Counted from the first letter of the stretch, positions 1-13,749 are shown. The stretch is 64,000 nt of DNA from Octopus sinensis (GCF_006345805.1 NC_043014.1:53010001-53074000); one strand, 5' to 3'. Made by a program: numbers and translations. Notes: generated by a model from the sequence alone, not told the origin.

Positions 1-624
1 CCCGTGTACACAACTGCTACTCTGTGAGTATGTGTGCTCCAGCATGGCCACAGTCAAATGACTGAAACAAGAAACACACACACACACACACAAAGTGGTA
101 CTCAACACATTTGGTAGCAGTTATATTATTTAATAGTAAAAGTTTGACTCGGCACCTTATGACTTGTAGGAGTGTACAAGGAGGCCATCTCACCCGATAT
201 CTGCTGAGGTGGGTTTGTCCTATACACCCACAAATTTAAAGTCATGTGGGACTGAGTCAAACTATAAACACACACACACCCACACTTTTCTTGGGAGATT
301 GTTTTAGGTCAGTGTCAGTGTGCAGGTAAACTACTTTTCTGTGTCAGTCTAGTCTGCTTCCTATAATTTAAATCTAATTTTTGAGGTCACCAAATAAACT
401 TAAGATATTCTTTGTTTATTCTCAATTTACAACCAGCTGACTGACGTTGTCAGCGAGTATTTTAAAGTGATTTAAGTTGTGCAGATTTACAAAAAGTGAA
501 AGTGTTAGTCACAGATACCCTTTCACCAGAGTTCATCAACAACAACACCTGGCAGCAATGGCAAGGGTGTCAGCCAACAAATCCTGCAACACACACACAC
601 ACACACACAACTAACACATCATGG

Positions 625-860
625 TTCCCTTAATCGCTAGGGTGTGGCACATTTTTCACACAGCTGTCCTCATCCATTCTCACCACATGACCATACCAGC
701 GTAGTCGTCTCTCTTGCACACCACATCTGATGCTTCTTAGGTCCAACTTTTCTCTCAGGGTACTAACACTCTGTCGAGTATGCACACTGACATTACACAT
801 CCATCGGAGCATGCTGGCTTCATTCCTTGCGACCTTACGCATGTTCTCAGCGAATGTGTA
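625..860 (-). mobile_element. RTE-clade LINE fragment (C-terminus of ORF)
   Basis: ORF 630..842 reads RNEASMLRWMCNVSV...LREKLDLRSIRCGVQERRLRWYGHVVRM, the typical post-RT segment of RTE/BovB-like LINEs. Nearly the same segment occurs at 40940-41100. Confidence 0.85.
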
Positions 861-3800
861 AAATAATAGAGCAAGTTCATATTATCTGTTAAAAATAGAA
901 GCCAAATCCATCTCAAATTAGACCCAATTATCATTTTAAAAACGGGAAGAGCAGGTTAGAATAGTGTGATCCTGGATGCATATTGCCTGATAAAAAGGTG
1001 GAGGGGTTCAAAGTGGAAAGTCTGGTCAAAAGTCTGTCATCACAGTTGACCTACGGCAAAACGACTCAGAAAAAGTGACATAAGAATTTCTATTGGAAAA
1101 ATGCTAAATGAAATCCAATTCAACCGCACCAACCCCCCAGATACTAAACACCCTCCTCCTCCTCCCTCAGTTTGGAGTCAACAAATCACAACAAATAAAC
1201 AAACATAAAACTTTTAAATAAAGAAAAAAAAACATGACCAACCACTGCCTCAGTCATGTGATAAAGGAAATATGTGAGAGATTCCAGCAGGGGGAGCTGC
1301 ATAACAACTCACATCTAGGGGATCAGTTGGAGCTGTGAGTCATGGAATGGTGTTAAGGTGCCCTGACCCCACAAGGGTCCACTTAGGCACCTTAGTACCA
1401 TTCATGTGTGTGTAGCCATTTAACCCCTCTACAACAAGAAAACTGTCCTGGTTCCTTTTCATCAGCCCTTATCTTTCTACTGTAACTCTGCTCATTTGAA
1501 AGGGAATCTTAGTCTTGTGAGCTAATATGGCAATAAAACCATACAGTCTGCAAAGTGATTGGTGTTAAGGGCATCCAACTGTAGAGACCTTTCTCAAGCA
1601 GGCATTGGACCCCATTAAACCATCTAGCCAATGCCAGCTTGGAAGATGTGTAAGAAATAATGATATTAAGAAAAAGTGTGGTACAAGGAGCCGACAAAGG
1701 ACCACACAGAAATACTATGGACATCAACATACTCAATCACTCCCTCATCAGTTACCAACCAAACATCATCACAATTTCGACACCTTCCAAGAATATGGTT
1801 CAGTTTTCGCAGTGTGAGCAACATAAGCTGCTTGAGTATAAATGAGTGGATATGTAAAATGAATGTGAACAACAGCACCTTGAGCAAGTGTCTTCTACCA
1901 CAACTTTGGTTCCATGCAAGTATTGTGCATGAAAATGGGAGGACAGAAATATGCTAAATCTACCCTTAAAAGGTTGAGTCAATCTGAGGCACAGTTTAAC
2001 ATCACCATGTGACTCTGGATTTGCTCTTTTAGCAGAGTGCAGTGTGTTGTAAACATTGAAACAACCTCTACAGCTTGAGGTTTAAAGTCCATAACCTCAT
2101 GTCCGATTCTTTTAGTATAGCAACCCACAAGTCTTAGTTTCTTCCTCCTTCTTCTTTCCCCCATGACACAGAGACCCTGTAAAGGGTCACAAGCTCCTTC
2201 CTTCCACCATCTGTGACTCAGCCAGTTTTCTATCTCAAAATTGTGCTTATGATCTTGAATAGCATCTCATTTATCTCCTTAGAATATTGAAATAATCTTC
2301 TGAGAGAATCGTAAATAAAAAGGAAAAAAAAAAAACAGGTTTCATAAGCCAGGGTAGCAAAGAAAAATATCTAAAAGAAAAAAAATAAAATAAAATCAAC
2401 AAATCATCAAAAAAAAACATTCAAATGTTGCTTTTATCTACTTTGCTTTATTAAAAACACGGCTACTGTGTTTTAATAACCTCAGTAGATAAAGACAAAC
2501 ACACTCTCTCTCTCTCTCATTGTTGTAACTATGGTTACACGCATGACATTTCATTCTGCAGATAGCAATATGTAACTGTAACAAGATATCTGTAAGCTGA
2601 CAGTGAAGCCAATGTCCACATTGGACAATCAGGCTTCTAGAAGGCTACAGTGATATTGTATATCTCATTGTTCAGAGTTCAAAACCTAGGAAGGAAATGG
2701 TCTAATTAATTAACTCAGCCATTTTCCAAGCCATAAAGATGGCCAGGGAAGGTGACAACTGTCTTCCTTCCCAAAAGGCAGCTGATAAAATGAGCATCAT
2801 TGGGACCAATGAGTTGTTATTGTCCCAGTTCAATCCTTATCAAACATATCTAAGGTCTGGCAGTGATATAAGATTTGACTGTTATTTCTAGCAGGCATAG
2901 TAACTGCATAAAGGCTACCTTAGACAGGAGAATTTTTATTTCTATGGGTTAATCAGAAGAAGGTTTGTTTGTACTTGTGACCTTTTACATAGTTGCTGGG
3001 ACCAACAGTGGGGAGACTGAGTCCTGGTTGCAATTTGGAAAAAAGGATTTTGCTAAAAACAGACAAGGAACAGGTGAAGGGGGTTAAACTGGGCAACAAC
3101 TCAAAACAAACTGGTGCAGTCCATCAAATGGGTTTCTAAACAGTTTCTTTCTCCCTAACTTCACTCTCAAAGCTGGAGTTTCTCCAAGATGTCCTGCAGT
3201 GTGGAATGCAGTGCAGAAACGTTTGATGCAAAACCAGTCATCTTCACCAGACAGTCGTTGCAGCAGGTTTATTCTTGGAAAATGCGGATTTCACACACAG
3301 GAATGTCTAATTTGAAGAATGGTATAGACGATTATATCGACCCCAATAAATATACTAGAACTTTGTTTTAGCAACTCTGGGAGGATGAAGGCAAATGGCC
3401 GAGTGGTGAGGGGTTGCACTCGTGATCACAAAACTCATAGTTTTCATTCCTAAATGAATGAGAAAAATGTCTTCGTTTCATGTTGCTCCAATCTACCCAG
3501 CTGTAAACGAGTCACTCTGCAATAGACTGTTCCGGAGAAACTCTGGGATCTCAATCCTGAGTCTTGAAGGACTTGAAGCAGTAATGTTCAAGGGTTGAAG
3601 ATGAGGTCTCACAATCTGATGTCCTTCAAAGCCCAATGTGTCTTCACATGTTGTCTATGAGAAGACACTTCTTCCAAGACTATTTCTGCAGCAATGGGTT
3701 TACACATGTTCAAGTGTATACACATTTTCTATTCAACACTGCTTTGTGCAACTCTGTTTAATCTTGTTTTGTAACTCAACCAGTAACATTATCCTGTTTG

Positions 3801-4489
3801 GTATTGGTTGAGTAATGCAAACCAACCAGTTAACATTCTTAATGTTGTGTCGGTCTGAAATGACCAGTTGATTGTCCACATCTCTTACTGAAGCATGTAA
3901 TGCTGAAGAGAAAAATGAAAATCATGAAACGGTCTACCTTCAGACAGTCTACACCCAGAGTAGAATCCTAGCCCCACTCTTGTTCAACGTCTGCACAAAT
4001 GAGTAACTGGAAAATGATAAAACCATTCTTTTGTTTTACCAAAAGTGGGAAATTTCAATGGCATCAAAACAACCCCATTGGCTGCTTTCCACAGGCTAAA
4101 CTATTACTTACTCTAAAGACAATTGTTTAATTGTTTTGTTCCAACTAAGAAAGAAGGCAATCAAATAACTAATGGTCTGGAACAAAGGTCCAGGAGCATT
4201 GCCAGAATCCCAAATGTTTTGTGATGTTGCTAAATCATGTTATACGTGTGTGTGTGTGTGAATGAGAGAGGGGGAGTGGAAAGCAACAGGGGCTAATTCT
4301 TTATATACTGCCTACTTTCTTATTTAGGGATTTAAGGCCAACAATTTTAAAAGAGTTAGCTGATACCATCAACCCCTTACTTGACTGCCCCCCAAAAACA
4401 GGTCTTCGCAAGCAGAGTTTAGTGTCCAACAGAGAAAATATTCTTTACATGTAGCAGATGTGCAGGTACATTAAACACTAGGAATGTAT

Positions 4490-5385
4490 GGGAAATAGAC
4501 TCCCTCAAATGTCCAGAGGAACCCTTAGAAGTAGTAGACAGTCCCCATTACTTAGGTGAGCTAGCAGTCGTAGAAGTTGTTCTGAAAGCATAGCTGTTAG
4601 AAGAAGAATGGGATGGGCAAAGTTCAGAGAGCTATTACCTTTGTTGGTAACAAAGGGCCTCTCACTCAGAGTGAAAGGCAGATTGTATAATGCCTGTGTA
4701 CGAACAGCTATGCTACATGGCAGTGAGACATGGGCTGTGACTACTGAGGATATGTGAAGACTTGAAAGGAATGAAGCCAGTATGCTCCACTGGATGGGTA
4801 ACGTCATTGTGCATATACAACAGAATGTGAGTGATCTGTGACCAAAACTGAGTACACGAGGTATCAGATGTAGGGTACAATAGGGAAGACTGCATTGGTA
4901 TGACCATGCAATGCATATGAAGACAGTTGCATCAAGTAGTGCCAATTTCTGATTGCGGAAGGAGCAGACCCGGGAAGATGTGGGACAAAGTGGGGAGAAA
5001 GGATCTTCAGAAGTTGTGACTCACAGAGGGGATGACAAAGGATCAGGACTCCCAGTGGTTTGCTGTGCTTGAAAAGACATGTCAAGCTAAGTAAAATCGT
5101 GGTTGCCCTTGCATACAGCCATTGCCCCTCATCAGTCGACTGATCCTAATCTTGTGGACTAATGGGGGCAGGTGCCACATAAAAAGCAGCTGTGTTGGTG
5201 CTGTGTAAAAAAACCCAGAACACTGCATAAAGTGGTTGGTGTTAGGAAGGTCATCCAGCCAAAGGAACCATGCCAAAACTGACCAGCAGAGCCCAGGCAG
5301 CTCTCCAGCCTTGCCAGCTCCTGTCAAACCATCCAACCCATGCCAGCATGGAAAACGGACGTTAAATTATGATGATGATGATATA
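4490..5385 (+). mobile_element. 5'-truncated RTE LINE: degenerate ORF end plus 3' tail ending in (GAT)n
   Basis: 4490-5090 is homologous to 11380-11990 (WAKFRELLPLLVTKGLSLRVKGRLYNACVRTAMLHGSETW). The tail ...ccatccaacccatgccagcatggaaaacggacgttaaattatgatgatgat is shared with the other copies. Confidence 0.85.
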
Positions 5386-5750
5386 GATGACTATTGGAAT
5401 TTAATACTGTTTCTAATGAACAGCAGAAAATTGCCGCCTATAGGGCAGTGTTTCTGAAAGTAATAATAATAATTTCTATTTTTAACAAAAACATTCCCCT
5501 CAGACTAAGAAGGAAAAAAAAACAGCTTCGTTTATCTTCATTGATTTACTGAAAGGAAAATAATAGAACATATAGGCGCTTCTTTTTTTTCTATTATTTT
5601 GGCAGAAGGCCTTAAACTGGAGAGTCAGTGGATTATGTGACCCCGAGCACTTCATCAGGACCAGAAAGTTGCCTTTGGCAAGATCTGAACTCAAAACGAA
5701 GTGCTGTAACTAAAACACACACACACAGCATTTGGAGTGATGCTCTAGGC

Positions 5751-6114
5751 CAGGGGTTCTCAACCATTTTTTATCTATGAACCCCTTTGACTGCTATTCA
5801 TTCTGATGGATCCCCCACTCACCCACCCACACACATTCGATGTTTAGAAACTAGTTTTATAGAAACTTCTTTCAAAATTCTGATTGTGTTTTTCCCATGT
5901 TAACTTGTGTAGGTTGAACTACGTAAAATGTTAGAGAAAGAAACCTAACTGTTTCTTGCAATACATTCTAATAAATACATCCAAAGCAAAATCTTTTCAG
6001 GGGCCCTTAAAACACTGTTGTGGACCCCCAATTTGCTGTTTTGTTGCATGGACCCCAAAAAACCTTATATATAAACCCTCAGGAGCCATATGGAGCCTGG
6101 TTGAGAACCATTTG
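5751..6114. mobile_element. hAT/Charlie-type MITE
   Basis: Starts caggggttctcaacc (5751) and ends ggttgagaaccatttg (6114). Flanked by ctctaggc / gtctagac, resembling the NTCTAGAN 8-bp target typical of Charlie elements. Confidence 0.7.
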
Positions 6115-6810
6115 GTCTAGACACCTGGCCAAGTGGTTAGGATGTTACACTTATGATTGTCAGCTCATGAGTTCAATTCCCAGATCAGGCAGTATGTGTT
6201 CTTGAGCAAAACATTCATTTCACTTAGTTCTAGTGCTGCATGGAGAGTGGCTTGTAAAAGACCAACATTTCCTCTGCATGTTGTGAAAGGGGATAAAAAG
6301 AGGTTGAGGTAGGATGTGTAAAACTCATCAGCAATAACTACCCAGGCAAACCCCTGGGTCGTGGTGCAAAAGGGTCATCTGTCAAGGGTCAAAGGAAATC
6401 GCCAACAAATGATGGATACTGTTACAGTGCATGCTTCCCATATTGCTGCTGCTGCCGCCATCTTCCACCCTCAGTAACAGACTTGAAAGTATTTTCTTTT
6501 AATCTAAAACATGCAAATAGTAAATGACCAGGTGAATAATGAATAAAGATCAAATGATGCCCTGATTGACACTCACATCACAGAAGATTGACCATCATTC
6601 ATTTAGAGCTCTTCAATCACCCTCCACCTCATCCTCCATCTATATATCCTCCTCCTCCTCCTCTCACGGGTGGGATTCCAATTTCTGTTTTCTGCTTCAC
6701 ATTGAACAGAGTTCAAATTCCACTGGGAGCCAGCTGTGATCTTTTGTGTCATTCTCACATCTTAATCCTATCAGAAACAATATTTCATACACACATGCTA
6801 CAACAACAAC

Positions 6811-6880
<70 letters not shown>

Positions 6881-6971
6881 ACATGTTTGTAACACAAGCT
6901 GGAGTTTATTTAAGTTCCATCATTCATACTTAACCAGTTGCTACCCTGACATTCTGGCTTTATGCATCAAA

Positions 6972-7009
<38 letters not shown>

Positions 7010-7272
7010 TTTGCAGTTTCACACCTGTTTTTCCATTAACAGCATGGGTTAGATGAGTCATACTGGGGTAGTTTTTTTCTTCAGCCAGATGTTCTTCCTG
7101 TCACCAACTCTTATTTATTTTCCAACTAATCCTATGTTGTTTTTTGTCTTTCCTTCCATTTGCGTTGAAAGCTGAAACTACCTGACCTTTCTTTGCTACA
7201 CAACCTGAATAAAGAGACAGCTTATTTCTGCTCATATCATGTTAATAACAACTGGAGCATTTACACACACAC

Positions 7273-7332
<60 letters not shown>

Positions 7333-7351
7333 TACATATATATATAAACAC

Positions 7352-7398
<47 letters not shown>

Positions 7399-7399
7399 C

Positions 7400-10300
7400 A
7401 CACACATCATCATCCTCATCGTTTAAGGTCCGCTTTCCATGCTGGCATGGGTTGGATGGTTTGACTGAGGACTGGCAAGCCAGATGGCTGCACCAGGCTC
7501 CAATCTGATCTAGCAGAGTTTCTACAGTTGGATGCCCTTCCCAACGCCAACCACTCTGAGAGTGTAGTGGGTGCTTTTACGTACCAGTCAGGCGGTACTG
7601 GCAATGGCCACGCTCAAATGGTGTTTTTTACATGCCACCTGCACAGGAACCAGTCCAGCGGCACTGGCAACGACCTCGCTCGAATGTTGTTTTTCACGTG
7701 CCACCGGCACAAGAGCCAGTAAAGCGACGCTGGTAATGACCACGCTCAAATGGTGCCTTTTACATGCGACCGGCATGGGAGCCAGTCAGTGGCCCTGGCA
7801 ATGATCACACTTGGATGGTGCTCTTAGCGCTCCACTAGCACGGATGCCAGTCATCAAATTTGATTTCGATTTAACTTGCCTCAACAGGTCTTCGCAAGCA
7901 GAGTTTAGTGTCCAATGAAGGAAAAGTATGCATAAGTGGGCTGGTTACACTCCTGGCATAGGCCATGGGTCATGGTCTCACTTGGCTTGCTGGGTGTTCT
8001 CAAATACAGCATATTTCCAAAGGTCCTGGTCACTAGTCATTGCCTCAGTAAGGCCCAATGTTTAAAGGTCGTGCTTCACCACTTCATCTCAGGTCTTAGG
8101 TCCAACTTTTTTCTCAAGGCACTTGAGTATGCACACTGACATTATACATCCAGTAGAGCATACTGGCCTCATTCCTTGCGAGCTTACACATGTCCTCAGC
8201 AGTCACGGCCTATGTTTCACTGCCATGTAGCATGGCTGTTCGTACACATGCGTCATACAGTCTACCTTTTACTCTGAACGAGAGGCCCTTTGTCACTAAC
8301 AGAGGTAAGAGCTCTCTGAACTTTGCCCAGGCTATTCTTATTCTAGCAGCTACACTTTCAGCACACCCACCCCCGCTACTGATTTGGCCACCTAGGTAAC
8401 GGAAGCTATCAACTACTTCTAGTTTTTCTCCCTGGAATGTGGTGGAAGTTGGTCTCTGCACATTTCCAGTGTTTATTGCTCCTGAACATCTGCCACATAC
8501 AAAATCTATCTTCCCAGTTAGCCTTCCTTTGATATTGTTGCACTTCTTATGTGTCCATAGCTTACACTGGGTACATCTTATAGAGTTTCTACAGATCGAG
8601 CAGGGCCATCTACCTGAAGGGATTTGTGGTTTGCCTGCCTTCCTACTTATTAGGACTTTGGTTTTAGCAAGGTTGACTATAAGGCCCTTCGATTCTAATC
8701 CTTGCTTCCACACCTGAAACTTCTCTTGTTCTGATAGTGACTCAGCAATTAGAGCAAGGTCATCAGCATAGAGGAGCTCCCAGGGGCATCCTGTCTTGAA
8801 TTCCTCTGTTATTGCCTGGAGGACTATGATAAATAGAAGGGGGCTGAGGACTGAACTTTGGTGGACCCCTACCTCTACCCGGAATTCTCCCTGTACTTGT
8901 TGCTAACCCTCACCTTGCTGACAGCGTCCCTGTACATGGCTTGCACAGCTCTCACTAACCATTCATCTAACCCTAGTTTCCGCATTGACCACCAGATAAG
9001 GGATCGAGGGACCCTGTCAAAGGCTTTCTCCATGTCAACAAAAGCCAGGTACAGGGTCTTATCTTTGGCTAGGTATTTCTCCTGCAGCTGTCTTACCAGA
9101 AATATAGCATCAGTGGTGCTTTTCCCTGACATGAATCCAAACTGCATCTCGTCTAAACTGACTCTCTCCCTAATTAGTTGGGCTATGACCCTCTCCGTGA
9201 CCTTCATTACCTGATCCAACAACTTGATACCTCTGTAATTATTTGTATCTTTGTAGCAGTTGACTATTATGCTGCTACACCAGTCATTGGGTATGACTCC
9301 TTCCTGTATCACCTGGTTAACTATACGGGTGACTAGGCTATAGCCAACACCGCTACATATTTTGAGCAACTCTGCGGTAATTCCTGATGGGCCGGGGACT
9401 TTCCCTGCCTTCATACTCTTAATTGCATTATCTACCAAGGTACTGTCAATTCAGATAGCTGGTCCCTCTGTTGGGTCGACATTCGGCAGACTCTATTTCT
9501 CCCATTCATTCTCTTTATTGAGCAACCTTTCATAGTGGCATCTCCAAACCTCTCTCTTTGCAGCCTTGTTTAGTGCAAGTGAACCATCATCCATGCAGAC
9601 ACATTTCTCTCCTACCACATCACGATTCTCTCTCACACTGTTTTGCAACATGAAATACTTCAAGTCTTTGGTCTTCACGGCACAAAACATTGGCAAATTT
9701 TTTCTTATCTGCTTCCCCTCTAGCTAAATAAATGTCTCCTAGCTTCCCTTCTGGCAGTCTGATACAATTCCCTGCTACCACCATTCTTCTAGTCCTTCCA
9801 AGCCTGTTTGTTTTCTCAAGTAGCCCTATCAACCACATTATTCCACCACCACGTTTCCTTCTCGAGCCATGCCTAGCTCATAAGGGCCGGTTTCCCAGTC
9901 TCCTTGACGTATAGGTTCCCCACCTGGATGGGACGCCAGTCCATCACAGGTGAGCTGCTAGATGCAGGAGGAAAGATTGAAAGTTGTGGCGAAAGAGTCA
10001 GCAGAAGTTCACCATTACCTTCTGCCGGAGCCGCGTGGAGCTTAGGTGTTTTGCTCATAAACACACACATTGCCCAGTCTGCGATTCGAACCCTTGACCG
10101 CAAGTCCGCTGCTCTAACCACTAGGCCACGTGCCTCCACACCATCACATTACCTTGGGTCGAGAGGGGACTTTACACCATCCACAGATCTGGTCAGTGGC
10201 TCTCAGCAGGTTGTCCCATAGAAACCTCCAGTTGTCTTCCACATCATGTGATGGTATATCCCCTTCTATTTCGTCAAAGGCTTCAAGTAGTATGCCTCTA

Positions 10301-10450
10301 AATCTCTGTCCATTCGAAGGATCTTTAAGCTTCCAGACCCTTCTCCTCCATGCTGGTCGTCTTCTGGACATCCATTTAGCCCTGATCCTGAAGTTGCTAA
10401 CTACTAGTCTATGTTGAGAGGTACATTCTTCACCTGGGAAGTTTGACACT
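7400..10450 (-). mobile_element. About 3 kb 5'-truncated, frameshifted RTE LINE (endonuclease end, RT, 3' UTR with tandem repeats)
   Basis: ORFs 10144..10449 (QHRLVVSNF, EN end), 8875..9438 (KVPGPSGITAELLK, YRGIKLL, QFGF, AFVDMEKAFDRVPR) and 8210..8713. Also LYADDLAL at about 8755-8780. The 3' tail ends in (GAT)n at about 7405. Confidence 0.93.
9850..10139 (-). mobile_element. tRNA-derived SINE nested inside the RTE LINE
   Basis: The minus strand begins ggaggcacgtggcctagtggttagagc (A box) ... gggttcgaatcgc (B box) and contains gtgatggactggcgtcccatccagg. It interrupts the LINE at the RPKV-WW-NNVVDRA coding stretch. Confidence 0.8.
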
Positions 10451-10739
10451 CAGGAAAGTGAAAAAGTCTTTTATGTTTTGAGCCTATGCTCATCAGCAGA
10501 AAGGAATAAGAGAAAATAAACAGAGAGAGAATATACGCACACACACACGCACACACATGATGGGTTTCTTTCAATTTCTTTCTACCAAATAAATTCACAA
10601 TGCTGTGGTCAGCTGGAGGCTATAGAAAAACACCTGCCCAAGGTGCCATGCAGTGGGACTGAACCCAGAATCATGTGGTTGGGAAGCAAACTTCTCACTT
10701 CTTACCACATATATACAGCCACACACACACACACACACA

Positions 10740-12345
10740 CAAGCAGACAATGAGTGGTGTTTTGGCTTCCATATACTGACATGGAAAAAGCCTTTGACAG
10801 GGTCTCTCAAACCCTTATCTGGTAGTCAATGTGAAAACTAGGGATAGACAAGTGGTTGGTGAGAGTGGTAGAAGCTATGTACAGGGATGCTGTCAATAAG
10901 GTGAGGGTTGGCAACGAGTATAGCAATGAATGCAGGGTACAAATAGGGGTTCATCAAGAATCAATCCTCAGCCCTCTCCTGTTCATCATAGTCCTCCAAG
11001 CAATACCAGAAGAATTTAAGACAGGCTGCCCCTGGGAGATCCTCTATGCCGATGACCTTGTTATCATAGCTGAATCACTTCCAGAGAAGAAATTGCAGGT
11101 GTGGAAGCTGGGTCTAGAATCAAAGGGCCTTAGAGTTAATCTAGCAAAAACCAAAGTCTTAGGAAGTAGGAAAGCAGACAAATCACAAATCCCCTCATGT
11201 AGACGATCCTGCTCAATCTGTAGAAAAGGCATTAGTAGAAACGCATTAAGATGTACCCAGTGTAAGTTATGGACACATAAGAGATGCAGTAATATCAGAG
11301 GAAGATTAACAGAAGAAATAGTTTTTGTGTATGGAAGGTGTACAGGTACAACCAACACTGCAAATGTACAGAAGATAGACTACATCAAATGCCAGGTGGG
11401 TAAGCTAGAGGTAGTTCATAGCTTCTGCTATTTAGGTGACCAAATCACTAGTGAAGGTGGTTGCTCTGATAGCATAGCTGCAACAGTAAGAAGTGGGTGG
11501 GCAAAGTTCAGAGAGCTCCTATCTTTGTTGGTAACAAAGGGCCTCTCCCTTCTGAGTGAAAGGCAGACAGAATGATGCCTGTATGTGAAAAGCTATGCTA
11601 CATGGCATTGAAACAATGGGCTGTGACAGCCGAGGACATGTGTAGACTTGAAAGAAATGAAGTCAGTATGCTTCGTTGGATGTGTAATGTCAGTGTGCAT
11701 TAATGAGAGAGAGTGTAAGCATCTTGAGAGAAAAGTTGGGTATAAGAGGCATCAAATGTGGTGTGCAAGAGATGACTATGTTGGTATGGTCATGTGCTGC
11801 ATTTGGATGAGGACGGCTGTGTAAAGAAGTGCCGATCTTTAACTGTGGAGGGAACCTGTGGTAGAGGTAGACCCAGGAAAACATGGGATGAGGTGGTGAA
11901 GCATGATCTTCGAATGTTGAGCCTCATGGAGGTGATGACAAGTGATAGAGAGCTCTGGCAATATGGGAGAAGACACATCAGGCCAAGTGAAGTTGAGTTG
12001 TGGCTGTACCAGTCATGTGAACAGCAGCCATGTGTCGTGGTCATTGCTAGGGCCATGCAAATGGCACCTGGGAATCCTAGCCATGGTCATTCAGTGCCAG
12101 TGCCGTGTAAATGGCACCCATCCTTGAATTGTAGTTGTGAGCATTGCTGGTGGCATGGCACCCATGCTGGTGGTATGTAAAAGCACCCATTACACTCCTG
12201 CAGTGGTTGGCATTAGGAAGGGCATCCAGCTGTAGAGAGCATGCCAAATCAGACTGGGACCCGGTGCAGCTCTCTGGCTCATCAGCTCCAGCCAAACCGT
12301 CCAACCCATGCCAGCATGGAAAGCAGACGTTAAATGATGATGTTC
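10740..12345 (+). mobile_element. 5'-truncated RTE LINE (RT C-half plus 3' tail)
   Basis: ORF 10856..11575 has GVHQESILSPLLFIIV, ILYADDLVII and WAKFRELL. It continues as frameshifted WMCNV...GRGRPRKTWDEVVKHDLR, and the tail ends ...catggaaagcagacgttaaatgatgat. Confidence 0.92.
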
Positions 12346-13749
12346 CACTCACAGGGAATTGGTCAGCAGCAGTCAACCCCAGATGATAACAGAAGGACCT
12401 TGCCCAGGGTGCAATGCACTGGGATCAAACCTGGAGCTGTTTTAACTGTGCAGCAAACCTTGGAGCCCTACAGCCATGTCTGAGCCTATATTGTGTATTT
12501 GTGTGGGTGTTAAATTAATTTAATTGTTACGCATGTGTCTAAAATTATTCGCTTTGTTTTTGTTTTGAGTTTTTGCTTTCGTTTTTTTTTCTTAATTGTT
12601 AAATTAAAATTATTTTCCATTGCTTTCGTTTCTTTTTTTTTCTTAATTGTTATCCTTAAATTAATTTAACAATTAAGAAAAAAAGAAAACGAAAGGCTAA
12701 AATTTAGGGTTAGGGTTAGTGACAGGATGCTGTGTTTTAGACGCAGCAAATGATTTTAGCTCAATAGAGGCCATTGATTGGTTAAAATTCGAAAAATTAA
12801 ACTACGTTAAACTTACAAATTACAATTTTCTCAAGAAAGCCAAGAGAAAAAAATGTTTTATTTTGACACATTCTACCAGTATACGAAGTTTAAAAGTGTT
12901 TAGTTAACTAGAAATTGTGTTGAAAACTGGCGTTCAAAAGGAAAAGATCCACCATCCCACCTTATTTCATTCTCAGGTAAAGTGTATCTTGGACTACAAA
13001 TTTCAAATCGAAACTTTATATTTTTACGACGTTCAGGTAGGATTTGAGGAAGATTAATAACTGATCCCAGCAGACTGTGACAAGGTAAAAGCACCTACGT
13101 CGGTTTCTTAACATTTAATTATTGGAATGGTGTACCCTTAATTCGGCACGGATCTCTCTGCTTGTATACTCTGGTGCGTGTGTATATACACACACACACA
13201 CAGCGTCTTATCTACACTCTCTGCAGCCCAAATCCTATACATACCACACAATATGGTTGTATAAGTAAATATTCACACAGTGTTGTCTCAATAGTTTGGA
13301 GAAACAGAACAACATTTGCTAAATAAAAACCATAACCAACGTTTCATATATATATATGTATGTATGTATACACGCTCTGCGCGCACGAACGCATGTGTGC
13401 GTTTATGTATGGCACTGTATAGTTAAGAGGCAGGAGGCGACTTATAAATGTAGCAGTTGTTGGTGAGGTCAGGTTTGTTTCATTGACGGACTGATAAACA
13501 AAGAAGTCACGAGATAATATGTAATGTGTACACACAGTGGATGGATACACACACACACACACACACACAAACAAGCATGCAGATAAATAGATAGACGTGT
13601 GTGTGTGTTTACACAGTAGGGGAATAAGAAGGTGGTGGTTTTATATTTAAACAAAACTGTGAGAGTGAGTGAATAAGAGAGAGTGTGTGTGTGTGTGTAG
13701 ATTCTTTTAAACGCATATTCCAATCTGGCTGCGATTCACAATAGAAAAT

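Noticed and set aside
3170-3330. Coding-looking stretch in the CpG-poor region
   Set aside because: Frames following the plausible minus-strand acceptor hit stops, and the plus-strand frames match no known motif.
12705-12719. TTAGGG telomere-like units
   Set aside because: Only about 2.5 units; not enough for an interstitial telomere.
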